64,000 nucleotides of DNA from Octopus sinensis (taxonomy: Eukaryota). A program made the position numbers and the translations under genes. Every line of letters begins with the position of its first letter. The first letter of the stretch is position 1. The stretch spans positions 96,906,001-96,970,000 of the forward strand of contig NC_043002.1 in the NCBI RefSeq assembly GCF_006345805.1. Reading direction: 5' to 3'. Shown piece after piece: positions 13,179-25,631 of this stretch. The notes under the pieces were generated by a model that was given only the letters and a program-made list of their open reading frames with translations, searched no databases and was not told the origin of the DNA.

Positions 13179-13186
<8 letters not shown>
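12881..13186 (-). mobile_element. PLE GIY-YIG endonuclease domain (3' fragment)
   Basis: NVIYCITCTTCKEDYIGETGNSLCQRARIHRQH...LSKHLDTC...RRNMEKCFITKFCPKLN*, a typical PLE GIY-YIG with CCHH residues. Confidence 0.9.
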
Positions 13187-13228
<42 letters not shown>

Positions 13229-13666
13229 TCCCATACATTCATACGTATATATATATAATAATCGTTAACCAAATTAGTAATCATAATATATCTTATGGTG
13301 TGGATGATTTCAATTCAACTTTAGCCTCCCCATTCTTATAAACAATAAGTAGATATTTAATTCGTATTGTGAACGCATGTGCATCAAACCACACTTGTAT
13401 GTATGCTTATATATCCGTGGATGTTTGTAGGACTAATGTGCGTGCGTCATACAACCTAAGGGAGGACGTTTATACATTCGTATCTGTCAACGGTTATATT
13501 TAATACTTTTGTCTCTGTATTGTGCATTCGTTACTTTTTGCATCTGTTATTTATTATCGATCTTATATAAAGATGAATCTGTATCGTTTAATTTGTTGTT
13601 TTTCTATACACAAACCGAGAAAATATATTGCGGAACAGTTGTTATTTTAACGAGATATATCTTGTA

Positions 13667-13756
13667 ATCACCTGAAGAGACACCTTACACCGTCGGATAC
13701 TCCTAAACCAGTTGTTATGTATTCCACCCGTGAGAGATCGAAACAATTGTAGTGAT
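13667..13756 (+). ncRNA. type-I hammerhead ribozyme, canonical core, long stem II
   Basis: ATCAC CTGAAGA GA[57 nt]TC GAAA CAATTG TA GTGAT: stem I ATCAC/GTGAT, palindromic stem III CAATTG, GUA cleavage triplet. Lies in a pseudo-LTR-like segment (about 13258-13800). Confidence 0.8.
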
Positions 13757-14014
13757 TAATAAACTTTCTCGTATCTTCCATTTTCTGTCCCTCTCATCGT
13801 TCATGTATATTCAAATGTGATTTAGAAGCAACCCTCGTGTTTTAAAGACCACGCAAACACCCGGCGCTTTGAAAATGTAATCTCCACCGCGCCACTTCGC
13901 AGCAGATCGGTGAACAAGCATGGCCCATTCATTGTATATACGGGTTCGATAATCTATGTATGCTTGTGTGTGTGTATCTGTGTATGTGTGAGTGAGTGCG
14001 TGTGTGAAGTTTAT

Positions 14015-14135
14015 GACGGGCTCCTTTCAGTTTCCATCTACCAAATCCACTCACAAGGCTTTGGTCGGCCCGAGTTTATAGTAGAAGGCACTTTATCAGG
14101 GTACCACGCAATGAGACTGAAACTTCTTGCCACAC
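14015..14135 (-). mobile_element. SINE family 1 fragment
   Basis: Core GACGGGCTCCTTTCAGTTTCCATCTACCAAATCCACTCACAAGGCTTTGG matches the other family 1 copies. Confidence 0.75.
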
Positions 14136-14439
14136 AAACACAAGACTACAAATATATTTTTACGTACGTTTCAAAGAAAATACAGCAGAGGTCGCCATAA
14201 CAGTTTTCATTAGCAGACATGAGTTATTCAAGTTGCGCATATCTGTAGATTAACACTTTGTCCATACAAACAAACGACTCAACAGCGCAAGCGACACATA
14301 TGCGCCATCGTTCGACACTACTTTAGAATTCTCTTTTAAAATTTCAAGCATGCACTGTACATGCACTTAATCACATCAACTCTCATTTCGTCTCATTTAG
14401 TCACTTTCATTTGTTCCCAACAACTGTGTTTCATTGGAC

Positions 14440-15050
14440 GGAGGAAGTGGAATTCGGAGTACTCCAGATCTAATCTGTATGGAATATAGGGTACCAATGA
14501 ACAATCCCATCATCTGATTTCTTCATTTGTTTCCGAAGACGTATGTTGACACGTATTGCTATGGCAAATGTAGACCTTCCTCCTAATGGATTCTCTAAGC
14601 TTTTTGTATGACTCAGTTTGTACCGCTGTTCACTTTACATCCATGATTTTGAAAATCAAGGAATATGACATACTTCCCATTCCTCAAATCAGTCACCATG
14701 GTTTTCTGTGCTGATCCATATTCCATGAAATTCTGAGGTGCGGCGCCTTCATTTCTGGGACATGAACATGTATTTCATCCTCAGTAACCAGATCCCGTAA
14801 AACATTGCCTTTGTTTTACTTCTATCTCTTCGAGTAGAGAAGAATAGTCTTCCACCCAGCTTTCCATCTTATACTCGGTCAATTGTCCAGTTACTCATTT
14901 TGCTCACAACAGAGTCCCTGCCATTTCCTGTTAGGCACTGTAACCACAGTCCAGTTGTACAGTAATCTTATGAGTAGTAACTCGTCTGTCGGCGCAAACA
15001 AACTCCTCTATATCTGGATTGTCTGCTGCCCGTACTTTGAAGTCAGTTAA
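14440..15050 (-). mobile_element. highly degenerate mariner transposase
   Basis: Minus translation gives EEFVCADRRVTTHKI, DLVTEDEIHVH (compare IVTGDETWVH) and PYIPYRLDLEYSEFHF (compare HPPYSPDLAPSDFHL), with stops and frameshifts. Confidence 0.65.
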
Positions 15051-15084
15051 CAGGGCATATGTATGCTGACAACAATAACATTGC

Positions 15085-15240
15085 TTATTCTTCCCCTTGG
15101 TGGATGAGATGGGTGATGTATGTGAAGTATCTCAGAGAGACTAAGCTGGCAACTTCGAGGTTCAGGTAAAGGAATCTTGTCAATGAAAGTCCATTTCATG
15201 TTGAATTTATTCCGAGTATCGTTGAGTCTACAGATAAAGC
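15085..15240 (-). mobile_element. PLE GIY-YIG C-terminal fragment
   Basis: FNMKWTFIDKIPLPEPRSCQLSLSEILHI resembles the PLE terminal W.I..K...Y....C.LCL.EK..I pattern. Confidence 0.55.
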
Positions 15241-15293
15241 AATTTATATGTTTGTGTGTGTTTGCATGCGTGCGTACGTATGTATGTATCTCG

Positions 15294-15336
<43 letters not shown>

Positions 15337-16039
15337 TGGGTGGGTGCGTGTGTGTATACGTGTGTACATACGCTTGAACTTGGATGTATGTCAACGAATG
15401 TGTGAATATGTATGGTTACTACAAATCTTGTAATTCATAAATATAGCCAGAGAATACTTTGCATGAAAACCAAATGGCAGTTTTGACATGAGCGTTCTAT
15501 TCGGTATTTGTCAAGACATTTTCCATACAATAATATTGCATCCGTATTGAAGAGAAAATATATTTAGTTCAATTATCCATTTGCGTAGGCTTCGTTGACG
15601 TCATGTATGATTGAAATATATCTAAAGTTGTCAGCCTTGTAATGAAATCACTCTTCCATTCTTTAACGTCTGCAATGTCCGCGTACTACAGTTGATTTAT
15701 TCATTGTTCTTTAAAATGTCAATATTGTCTTCCTCTCATGGCCTTACTTTATCTTTAAAATATTTTTTCTCTCTCTTCATCACGGCAGTAATTTTACTCA
15801 AATAAATTTTTTTACTGCATTGGCCTTATTATATAGCTTTAGGAAATCGACGATCATATATTATCATTTTGAATGATTTTTTTTTTCCTTTTCCCCAACA
15901 TTCATACATTAATTTTGGGGGAAAAACATGGAAAAATAGCAGGACAAATAGCCTTATCCCTTTCATGTGCTTTTTTTAAGTATCATTTTCCTCGAATTCT
16001 ATTCCTCCACTCACTTCGTAGAAAATTGGTTTTAAATTT

Positions 16040-16293
16040 TGGCTCAAGGCCAACAATTTGGGGGAGGGGATGGAGTAAACCGATTACTGGAACTTATTTT
16101 ATCGATTCCGAAATGATGAAGGTCAAAATCACTTTAAGACGCTTTAAGACGACGAAAATATTTTGACAAATTAAACTTAAATGTTGAAGTGAATCGATAA
16201 ATGTATTGTTAAGATTAAATAAGAGCGTAACGGCAGACGAAATACCGCTAAGTATTTCGCCCGGCGTGCTAACGATTCTGCCAGCTCGCCGCC
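16040..16293 (-). mobile_element. SINE family 2 with internal insertion
   Basis: Both ends match family 2; AT-rich insert at about 16150-16225. Confidence 0.75.
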
Positions 16294-16694
16294 AACCATA
16301 ATTATAACATTGATGTTATACTTACTGTATACCAACTTTTGCACTGGCCTTTACATATATATATATAGTAAAAAAAGAAAAGGAATTTCGATAAAGCGTT
16401 TTCCCCCACCTGGTGAGGCGCAATGCAAAACTATTTCATAAAAGAAGTAAAATGCACACAGCTAGCATAGTTTTAGGATATTTTATATGGTAGTCTCATG
16501 GTAGACGACTGTTTCGCGTTTCCCTAATCATGACATAAAAAATTATTGCAAAACGTTTTTACTCCATGTTCTTGTATGGGACTCTGTAAATGAATCAATA
16601 TGTAGAAAAAAAATCTCAGGGGAGGTAAACTGCTGATTGTTATTATTTGAGACAGGAGAGGTTATTGCACATTTTTCAGATGGGATTAACTTAC

Positions 16695-16719
16695 ATAAGC
16701 TCGTGGATTAAAATATTTA
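16695..16719 (-). CDS. candidate micro-exon (25 nt, phase 2 to 0) of the secreted Cys-rich gene
   Basis: ctttgatttcAG|TAAATATTTTAATCCACGAGCTTAT|GTAAGT. Open after exon 25631-25605, giving (I)KYFNPRAY. Confidence 0.35.
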
Positions 16720-17689
16720 CTGAAATCAAAGTGGGCTATGCGTTCATTTACCTTAAATAGTACGGTAGTTGCGCACGCGAAAATTCAAATTTTATATCAT
16801 TCTTTATATCTTTCTTATTAATCTTCGGGTTCACAAATCTGAAAATCCACAAAATATCCGTAGATTATATATAGTAATAAGAAAAAAGACTGCGGAATTG
16901 AGTTAGCAAACTCTTTTTAATGCATTGTTTACAATTGTTTCATCCATATCCATTAAATTCAATTTCAGATTTATTCTCATTCTCTGTGCAAGTTTTCTAT
17001 CACACCGCATAACGGAATTCTCTCCTATGATCTCTGCAAAAGCAATGTGCTGATCGATTTTGCTATTTCGCTTTTAAGTAGCTTCACACAATTCTGAAAT
17101 GGATGATGCCTTCTAATCACTTTCATTGAATATACTTAGAACATGAGTTAAATATTTCAAGGAAGAATAGCAGGGTGTTACAGATAACTCGGTTTTTACC
17201 TTGATAATTGGGTTTATCAGCACAACTATGTATTTCGCTGTGTCAATGTAAATAAAATGATTAGATGTCTTTAGATGTTTTAACAATCAAGTATTCCAAG
17301 GCCGTCACAGATATGATCTGTTGCTCGGCCAGCAGGCTTATTTTCGGAACCTCAGCGGTCAAATCTTTTATTGAATCCAACAACCAAGACAAAATCGTCG
17401 AATAAAGAAATCATTTGCATTCAGTTACACAGATATATATTCTTACGCAATCACACATCTATTGTGAGAATTATTTCATTCATATAGACACACCACTGCT
17501 ATATACTATCACACGTAATTATACATATATGTAAGCACACATTCTTACCTTATTAAATATATACAGAGCTACATATATGCATGAACACTTATGCACCTGC
17601 GTACACAACCGTTCACTTGCACATACATAAATTTCAATAATTTGATATTCTTGTTCTTCTGTTCCCCTGCATAATTATGCGTATACTTG

Positions 17690-18115
17690 CTCAGCCCCGC
17701 CGCGAGCGGTACATCATTTGAATGATGTGGAGAATATTCCGCCAGCATTGCCGAAACGACCGCAACAAAATTCATTGACGGCTAGGACCACGGGCCACAC
17801 GTCCCTTACCCAATTCAGGAACACAACGCATAAACTGCAACACAATTTCTTTTCTTCAACAAGCCCTGTCCTATTTAAAATTGACCCAAAACAGATCAAA
17901 AAGGAAAAGGACCCCGTCACTTTTAAACGGAATCTGCACAAATTTTCTTCAAATAATACCAGACAAGCCACCCATACCTAGCTACAACTCACTCAACAAG
18001 AACCCCTTACTCGAATGGAACATAATACCACAAAACTTGACTTAAAAGGGATTTAGATAATCCTGTCAGGTGGTTGTATTAATTTAGACATGGCCTGCCA
18101 CAATCTTTGGTCGAA
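17690..18115 (+). mobile_element. 3' fragment of a second CR1-like LINE family
   Basis: KEKDPVTFKRNLHKF/LQIIPDKPPIPSYNSLNKNPLLEW parallels the C-terminus of the 51998-54830 LINE (FKMKLDLFLSGVPDEP). Its 3' tail recurs alone at about 19815-19880. Confidence 0.65.
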
Positions 18116-18256
18116 ACATATCTAAGTTTTATATAAATTTTATATATATATTATATAATATATATATATATATATATAATATATATATATATATAATATA
18201 TATATATGTATGTATGTATGTATAATGAATGTATATTGTATGCATGTATATATATA

Positions 18257-18311
<55 letters not shown>

Positions 18312-19329
18312 AGTAGGTGAATGAATTATCCTATGTTTAACGTCAGCATGGAAAATTCGGTTAATGAGGGCCTTAACTCCGAAAATTCTAGTCATTTTTT
18401 TATGATCGAAAACTAGGTCAAAAGTACTGAATGGATCTTTATGGAATTTGAAAATTATATTCTTTGCATAAGGGCCATAACCCCCATGAAAATTCATATA
18501 TTCTGGCTGTCGATGAAATTTTTACCATAGATATTAGACACAAATGAAGTAATATTTCTAAAATTTCATCTTCTTAGAAGTTAGAAAGACCCCTCCATGG
18601 GGACTTAACACCCATAATTTAGTCATTTTATCTAAGCAAAAACGAATACCTTGTGCTCTTAGAAGCTGTAGGGTCACCTGAGCATAAAAGATGAGCATTA
18701 TTTGTAATTAAATGGTACAACAGTGTAACAGTTTGCTTTGAGATGTACTTAGATTGTGATTTCTGCAATGTGATGCATAAATTGTCAAGTAAATGAGAGG
18801 CATTTTTGCTTCCACTGATTCAGTTGCAAAGTGTTCAGTAAAGTTATTTGGTTGCAGACTTCCATTGAGTCTTTTTATTACCACCGGGTCACACATAGTC
18901 CCCAGATAGTAACATTGATTTCAAGGCCTTCCAAGATGAGTGACTGGTTATTCAAAGACATTTATAGATTGTAAATATATTCTGTCCAGTTACCTATCGG
19001 TATAGTGGTCATTTGCATACTCCAGAGGTGACACTTTCATTTCTCCTTAGCCCCCATGTCACACAGTTTTTGATGTTTATTTCAGTTGGGTCACGCCCTT
19101 CCAATTGTTATAGATCCATAAAGCATCTTACGGCTGTGCCTGTCACATGTTTGGTGAGGAATCCTACATTAGAAGTGGTAACGACTATGGTAAGGTAGCT
19201 GACTGCTTATTGTGATCATTCGGCTTTTTTGTTTCCTGTAGCTTTGCTCTCTTTTGCAAACCCAGTGAACATACATATATTTCCCATTTCAAAGAAATTG
19301 AAACAATAGCTATAAGAACCAAGTTAAAA

Positions 19330-19678
19330 AGATTCCCAACAATTCAACTTCTCTGGCTGACATTAAGACACCCACCCCCAATAGGGGCCTTAACTCCCAC
19401 ATTTTCGAGCTCAACGACCTTCATTTTTTGGGAGCAAAATCCTTTTAACAGGTTCCATAAGACTGGAATTTTGGAATCTGCGCATAAAGATGAGTCTTAT
19501 GGGATACATGTGTCATGATTAGAATTATTTTAGGATGTGTAAAGAGGGAAATTAACCCTCATCTGCAATTTTGATGAAATTCGAAACAGATATTCCAGTA
19601 CAATAAAGAAAATATAACAGAAAAAGTCTAATTCTTCAATTGCATGTAAAACGGGCAACGCCGGGTATCTCTGCTGTT
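19330..19678 (+). mobile_element. non-autonomous Helitron fragment (3' end)
   Basis: CGGGCAACGCCGGG hairpin followed by a CTGT terminus, the same arrangement as 23979-24007. Confidence 0.4.
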
Positions 19679-19689
19679 GTATATATATA

Positions 19690-19729
<40 letters not shown>

Positions 19730-19745
19730 ATATATATATATATAC

Positions 19746-19816
<71 letters not shown>

Positions 19817-19940
19817 CCAGGTGGGCTATTAAGTTAGACATGGCCTGGGCCAATAATGGCCGAAACCTATCAAAGTATCAAAGTATCATATATATATATA
19901 TATAATATATATATATATATATTCTTTTATTCGTATATTT

Positions 19941-20198
19941 TTTACTTCTTTCAGTCATTTGACTGCAGCCATGCTGAAGTACCGCCTTTAGTCAAACAAA
20001 TCAACGCCAGGATTTATTCTTTGTAAGCCCACTACTAATTCTATCGGTCCATTTTGCCGAACCGCTAGCTACGTGGACGTAAACGCACCAACATTGTTTG
20101 TCAAGCGATGATGGGGACCAATACAGACAAACATACACACACATACACACACACACATACACACACATACACACACACACACACACACATATACAAGA

Positions 20199-20231
<33 letters not shown>

Positions 20232-20234
20232 AGA

Positions 20235-20269
<35 letters not shown>

Positions 20270-20457
20270 ATATATATAATATATATATATATACGACGAG
20301 CTTCTTTCACTTTCCGTCTACCAAGTCCGAACACAAGGCTTTGGTCAGCTCGAGGCTATAGTAGAAGACTCTTGCCCAAAGTGCCACGCAGTGGGACTGA
20401 ACCCGGAAGAATATGGTTAGTAAGGAAGCTACATACCGCACAGCCACTCTTGCGCCT
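19941..20457 (-). mobile_element. SINE family 1, full length
   Basis: Head, core, (CA)n and tail all match 49862-50240. Confidence 0.9.
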
Positions 20458-20520
20458 ATATATATAAATTCCCTTTCATGCATGCATGCACATTCAGATT
20501 ACTCAGATTATAAAAATAAG

Positions 20521-20986
20521 GGTACTCAAAGCACAGGCATTACAAACATTCGAGTATGATATGGTGACCTCATATCAAGATACACAACGCATGACGTTGA
20601 AGGTGAAGGCCCAGTTAGAATTTTCTTCAGGTCAAGCAGCTCAACCTGCGCAAAAATGTCTCTGAGTAAGAGTTGTTTAAGGATGATGAATGAAACACCC
20701 ATGTTCCCAGTGGTGAATTGTTCAAATGCCAAGGAATTCCTCACAACACATGGCTACGATGCACCCTCACTACTTCTGCTCATGATCAAAGGTGCACATA
20801 TAGTCAGTCACTCAGAGACATGCTCAGCTGGCTATAGTCAAGCAACTGACAAGCAAATATGCAATGCTGAGTTCAATATTTGCTGTAGCCCATCTTTTAC
20901 ACCAAAACAAATCATACCCATGATAACACTTCCATTCAGTTAAGATCAGAAGCCATGAGAACCACTACGTGGTATTGCATCAATAG
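20521..20986 (-). mobile_element. element X, diverged copy
   Basis: Reverse complement is homologous to 37431-37980; no (AAT)n flanks here. Confidence 0.75.
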
Positions 20987-21677
20987 GATGAATAGAGAAG
21001 AATGTTCGTGTTTAAATATCCTTAAAGTATAATATTCGCCCGATTACAAGGACATACCGAAAATCAGAGTAAGGCATTAAATGATCATTTCACACCCAAA
21101 TGTTCGAGTTAGACAGGATATAATATTATATATTTTATAATTGTATATATTTGATGATCGGGTACAAATTATATTTGCCCATGCTGTCGCAAAAAGAAAC
21201 AGTTAGTCAGCTCTTAGCAGAATAATGAACATTTGGGTCCATACTATCATTGATAATCCACAGATGTTGGTCTTATACGTCCGAAGGTTGTGAACAGAAG
21301 AGCATATTCCATATTGATGTTGGATGCTTATTTCCATAAGCTTTGCCGATATTTCTGAGGGTCAAAATATACGTCTAATTTGTTGATATCCTTTATTCGT
21401 TTAATGGTGCTTACTCGTTCGGTAAATTAATGTTTAATTGTACCAAGCTCTCAGAGAGAGATGGTTAGAATTTATCAAGAAATTAGGTATTATATAGACT
21501 CAACTTAGCCATGTAAATGTACTCCGTCGAGCTTACATATGCATAGTAGACGATTCGTAGCTTTGCGTGGCTGTAAACTGGATTTCACATCTAATTTGTA
21601 CTGAGGGAAACGTAGAGTAGTTTCAAATACATGTGATTTTATTATTATTTCATCTGTATTACTTTGTCATCAATATA

Positions 21678-21713
<36 letters not shown>

Positions 21714-21719
<6 letters not shown>

Positions 21720-22143
21720 ATATTTCGGAATGGTCATTTTGCCAGTTTAGCCAATAAAAACACACGCACTATATATTTGGTGTTACTTTGCTTCAGTGTT
21801 ATTTATTTTTTACATTAATGTTAAACTTATTTCGGCCAGAGTTCTTTCGTCACACTCCTGTGACCGTATCAGTGGTCCTTTGTTTTCTTCTTTCTTATTT
21901 GTGTCTCCCCTTACTAATCGTCAGCCATTTTGTATTTTGTATTTCTATTGTATGTCTTCATTTGGCCGAAATAAGATTAAGATTAATGTAAAAAATAAAT
22001 AACACTGAAGCAAAGTAACACCAAATATATAGTGCGTGTGTTTTTATTGGCTAAACTGGCAAAATGACCATTCCGAAATATAACAATATCTATTTCAACA
22101 CACGGCTTCACATAAAAAATCTTGCACAACAAATATATAAACG

Positions 22144-22147
<4 letters not shown>
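21714..22147. mobile_element. second copy of the palindromic hammerhead-like element (right arm shortened)
   Basis: Left arm 21714-21878; right arm 21963-22087 lacks the ribozyme core. Same 3' extension as the 11258 copy. Confidence 0.85.
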
Positions 22148-22191
<44 letters not shown>

Positions 22192-22200
22192 ATATATATA

Positions 22201-22748
22201 GAAATATTAAAATTACTAAGTCTCTCTAAAAGAGAACAACGGCAGCGTTCCGGAAAATAAAAGTTATCGCCATACTAATATGGCATTCTTATAAAAATAA
22301 GAATAAGCTGTCCGCTTATTAGCTCCATGAGGCCATCGCCTTAAGTTAGCTATTTGATACACAAACTGTATCCATATAACCTTCGAACAAGGGAGGTCAG
22401 TCGCTCCACACTACTTGACCGGCAGCTACAGACGCGTTTCGGGGTATTGCCCCTTTTCAATGTAGCGTAGACAGACCAGTAGGTGTCGCTTCTGACAATC
22501 TCTGTTCGAAGGTTTTATTTACCTAGCTCCAGTGGAATACATCCACTTGTTTTCAATAATATAAATATTAAAATTACTAAGTCTCTCTAAAAGGTTATAT
22601 GGATACAGTTTGTGTTTCAAATAGCTAACTTAAGGCGATGGCCTCATGGAGCTAATAAGCGGACAGCTTTATTCTTATTTTTATAAGAATGCCATATTAG
22701 TATGGCGATAACTTTTATTTTCCGGGAACGCTGCCGTTGTTCTCTTTT
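22201..22748. mobile_element. PLE-type pseudo-LTR with nested inverted and direct repeats
   Basis: 22228-22383 is inverted at 22591-22748. AAATATTAAAATTACTAAGTCTCTCTAAAAG is directly repeated at about 22202 and 22563. Hammerhead motif in the middle. Confidence 0.75.
22425..22466 (-). ncRNA. minimal type-I hammerhead, perfect stems, mutated core
   Basis: GCTACA TTGAAAA GGGG CAATA CCCC GAAA CGCG TC TGTAGC. The core differs from CTGAAGA by two transitions. Confidence 0.7.
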
Positions 22749-23052
22749 ATTTAATTTGCTTTGCGGGAAGGGCTGTTTCAACGAGTCGCGTTTTGTCCTT
22801 GCCTTCGTTACGCGGAGTGGATGAAACAGGGACAACTGAAGAAGGGAAATATTCTTTATGTTGTATGTCTCGTTTCTCTGTTTGTTTTTTCGTTGTTCGA
22901 AAAAATGTTCGTTTCTATGTTTTTGTTTTTATGTTTTTGTTTCTCATTGTGTTCAAGGTGTTCTTGATGTCTTGTACCCATACATGCATGTATATATACA
23001 TATATATGTAAGTATGTACATATTTGTGTGTATATACGTATATATCTATACA

Positions 23053-23107
<55 letters not shown>

Positions 23108-23623
23108 TATATAGATATATATGTATTAACACACACACACAGTCTCATATATATGTAAGAAATTTAAATTAAAAATTTCCATCAGGTGAATGTATGTAAG
23201 AATAAAACATTTTGAAAATCTCAACTACAAAGTGTCATTCTAAGAGGAACTCGTGAAGTACAGTAATGAGGAAACTGCAAGGTAAGTTTGAGGACATGGA
23301 AATCGTTATCCATGAATAGTGCTGGGTGGAGAAAATATTGCTACAAAGATATCAACAACTTTGAGGCGGCCCGTATCACCAACCTAAGGATGGAAAAATC
23401 TACAAAAGGCAGGTCCTCTTTACCCAACCATCCGGATGTACAAATCCTGATTAGATCTTAATTCCCACAAGATGATAAAGCAAAATATCAAGCTGATATC
23501 AAGCGGTGTCTGACTGGAACCCCTCGTTTATACGTATAAATACATGCGCGCGCACGAACACACACACGCACACACATGTATGTATATGTATGTATGTACG
23601 TATATATATATACATATGAGTTA

Positions 23624-24006
23624 TCTCTCTCTATATAAACGGCAGTTTTTCTGTCTGTGTGTCTGTGTGTCTGTCAGGTTGTACCCTCACCCTGACCACG
23701 GCTTTCAACCGATTCTGATGAAACTTGCCACACACATAGCCCAATGTCATAATTCAAAACTAACGCAGCGAAAATTTTGAAAAGTCCCCCCAGTTCTGAA
23801 AAAACTCGATAAATTCGACATGGGGTCGAGAATCAGAAACACAAACCACAGACTGTCTAGGGGACGCAACTCGACCTTTTTAACTCTCAAAAAAATTTAC
23901 CATCATTTTTTTTCTCCATTTTTTGGTATTTTTTGGCTATAACTCTCTAAAAATTCTTTATAGTTATTTCCCTTACAAACCCGAGCAACGCCGGGTGATA
24001 CTGCTA

Positions 24007-24007
<1 letters not shown>
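23624..24007 (+). mobile_element. complete non-autonomous Helitron (384 bp)
   Basis: 5' TC after A; subterminal hairpin ACCCG AGCAACGC CGGGT (23979-23996); 3' CTAG followed by T (A|T insertion). Confidence 0.8.
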
Positions 24008-24044
<37 letters not shown>

Positions 24045-24134
24045 TATATATTAATATATATGCATATTATATGATAGATAGATATATAGACGTATATATA
24101 TATTTTCATACTATAGATATATACATATACATGC

Positions 24135-24177
<43 letters not shown>

Positions 24178-24204
24178 CATGTGTACATACATATATATGC
24201 ACAT

Positions 24205-24368
24205 GAGTGGCTGTGTGGTAAGTAGCTTGCTTACGAACCATATGCTTCCATGTTCAGTCCCACTGCGTGGCACCTTGGGTAAGTGTCTTCTACTATAGCC
24301 TCGGGCCGACCAAAGCCTTGTCAGTGGATTTGGTAGAGGGAAACTGAAAGAAGCCTGTCGTATATATG

Positions 24369-24427
<59 letters not shown>

Positions 24428-24659
24428 TTGTGTGTGTATATGTATGTGTTTCTGTGTTTGTCCCCCAACATCGCTTGACAACTGATGCTAGTGCGTTTAC
24501 GTCCCCGTAACTTAGCGGTTCGGCAAAAGAGACCGATAGAATAAGTACTAGGCTTACAAAGAATAAGTCCTGGGGTCGATTTGCTCGGCTAAAGGCGGTG
24601 CTCCAACCTGGCCACAGTCACAGGACTGAAACAAGTAAAAGAGTAAAAGAGTAAAAGAG
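24205..24659 (+). mobile_element. SINE family 1, full length
   Basis: GAGTGGCTGTGTGG head, core, (TG)n and a tail ending (GTAAAAGA)n. Confidence 0.9.
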
Positions 24660-24689
24660 GAGAACAGAAAAGCAAAGGTCAACAGGGTG

Positions 24690-25130
24690 CTGCAGAGGAA
24701 AACTGGGTCGCTAAAAAAACCTGTGTTCTACTTATTTGCCAACAGATATAAGACCGCTATATCCTACGTTGGTCCAATGGCCATGGTCTCATCCATTGGT
24801 CCGATGGGAGATGACAGCAGCATTCGGCATCAGCGTATGTCTTCATTGCCTGAGATATCATTGCAATAATAAATGAAATACAGCCCTGTTCTGCTGTAGG
24901 TCCTGATAGAGTCCCTGTTAGTGTCATGACGAAATCACACATAATCTTACATCCTCTTTGAACAACCTTTGGAAAGATTCTTGAGGTTCAGGCTATATAG
25001 TGAAATGCTTCTTAGCCCAATCTAGCATTCCAGTTTTCAGAAAAACAGGGGAAATGCCCCTTGGGCTTAACTATCGCCTGCCCTTACTCACCTCCCAATT
25101 CATCAAAGTGTTTGAAAGGGCGATGGGATC
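24690..25130 (+). mobile_element. old CR1-like LINE fragment
   Basis: KKPVFYLFAN, NEIQPCSAVGPDRVP and LNYRLPLLTSQFIKVFER parallel NPRAFYRYA, SATGPDGFP and NYRPISLTSHI.KVMER. Confidence 0.55.
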
Positions 25131-25335
25131 AGCAATGAGTTTGTTTGTTTTTTCTTTGGAGAATAACTAGTAGCTTGTAGAACTCCATTAAAATTGAAAG
25201 TCGAGATAATATCAAGAATGAATAATTCTCCAAAATTGATGTGGAATTAAAGAAGCGACGATGTGATTGTCAAGAAGACTGAAGACTTGTTTCTGTCTCT
25301 CAAGCATGCGCACACGCACAAATACAAGCACAATA

Positions 25336-25366
<31 letters not shown>

Positions 25367-25421
25367 TAGAGAGAGAGGGGGTAGAGAGAGAGAGAGAGGG
25401 AGAGAGACAGACAGACAGATT

Positions 25422-25491
<70 letters not shown>

Positions 25492-25504
25492 TAGATAGAT
25501 AGAC

Positions 25505-25589
<85 letters not shown>

Positions 25590-25604
25590 TACATACATAC
25601 ATAC

Positions 25605-25631
25605 ATTATTGTTTGCCTTTGCGGTGTACAT
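25605..25631 (-). CDS. candidate micro-exon (27 nt, phase 2-2) of the secreted Cys-rich gene
   Basis: cattttaacgttcAG|ATGTACACCGCAAAGGCAAACAATAAT|GTATGT. In frame after exon 26349-26202, giving (K)CTPQRQTI. Confidence 0.5.

Noticed and set aside
18900-19230. Faint AP-endonuclease-like residues (TTSNVGFLT) on the minus strand
   Set aside because: Too degraded to support a LINE call.
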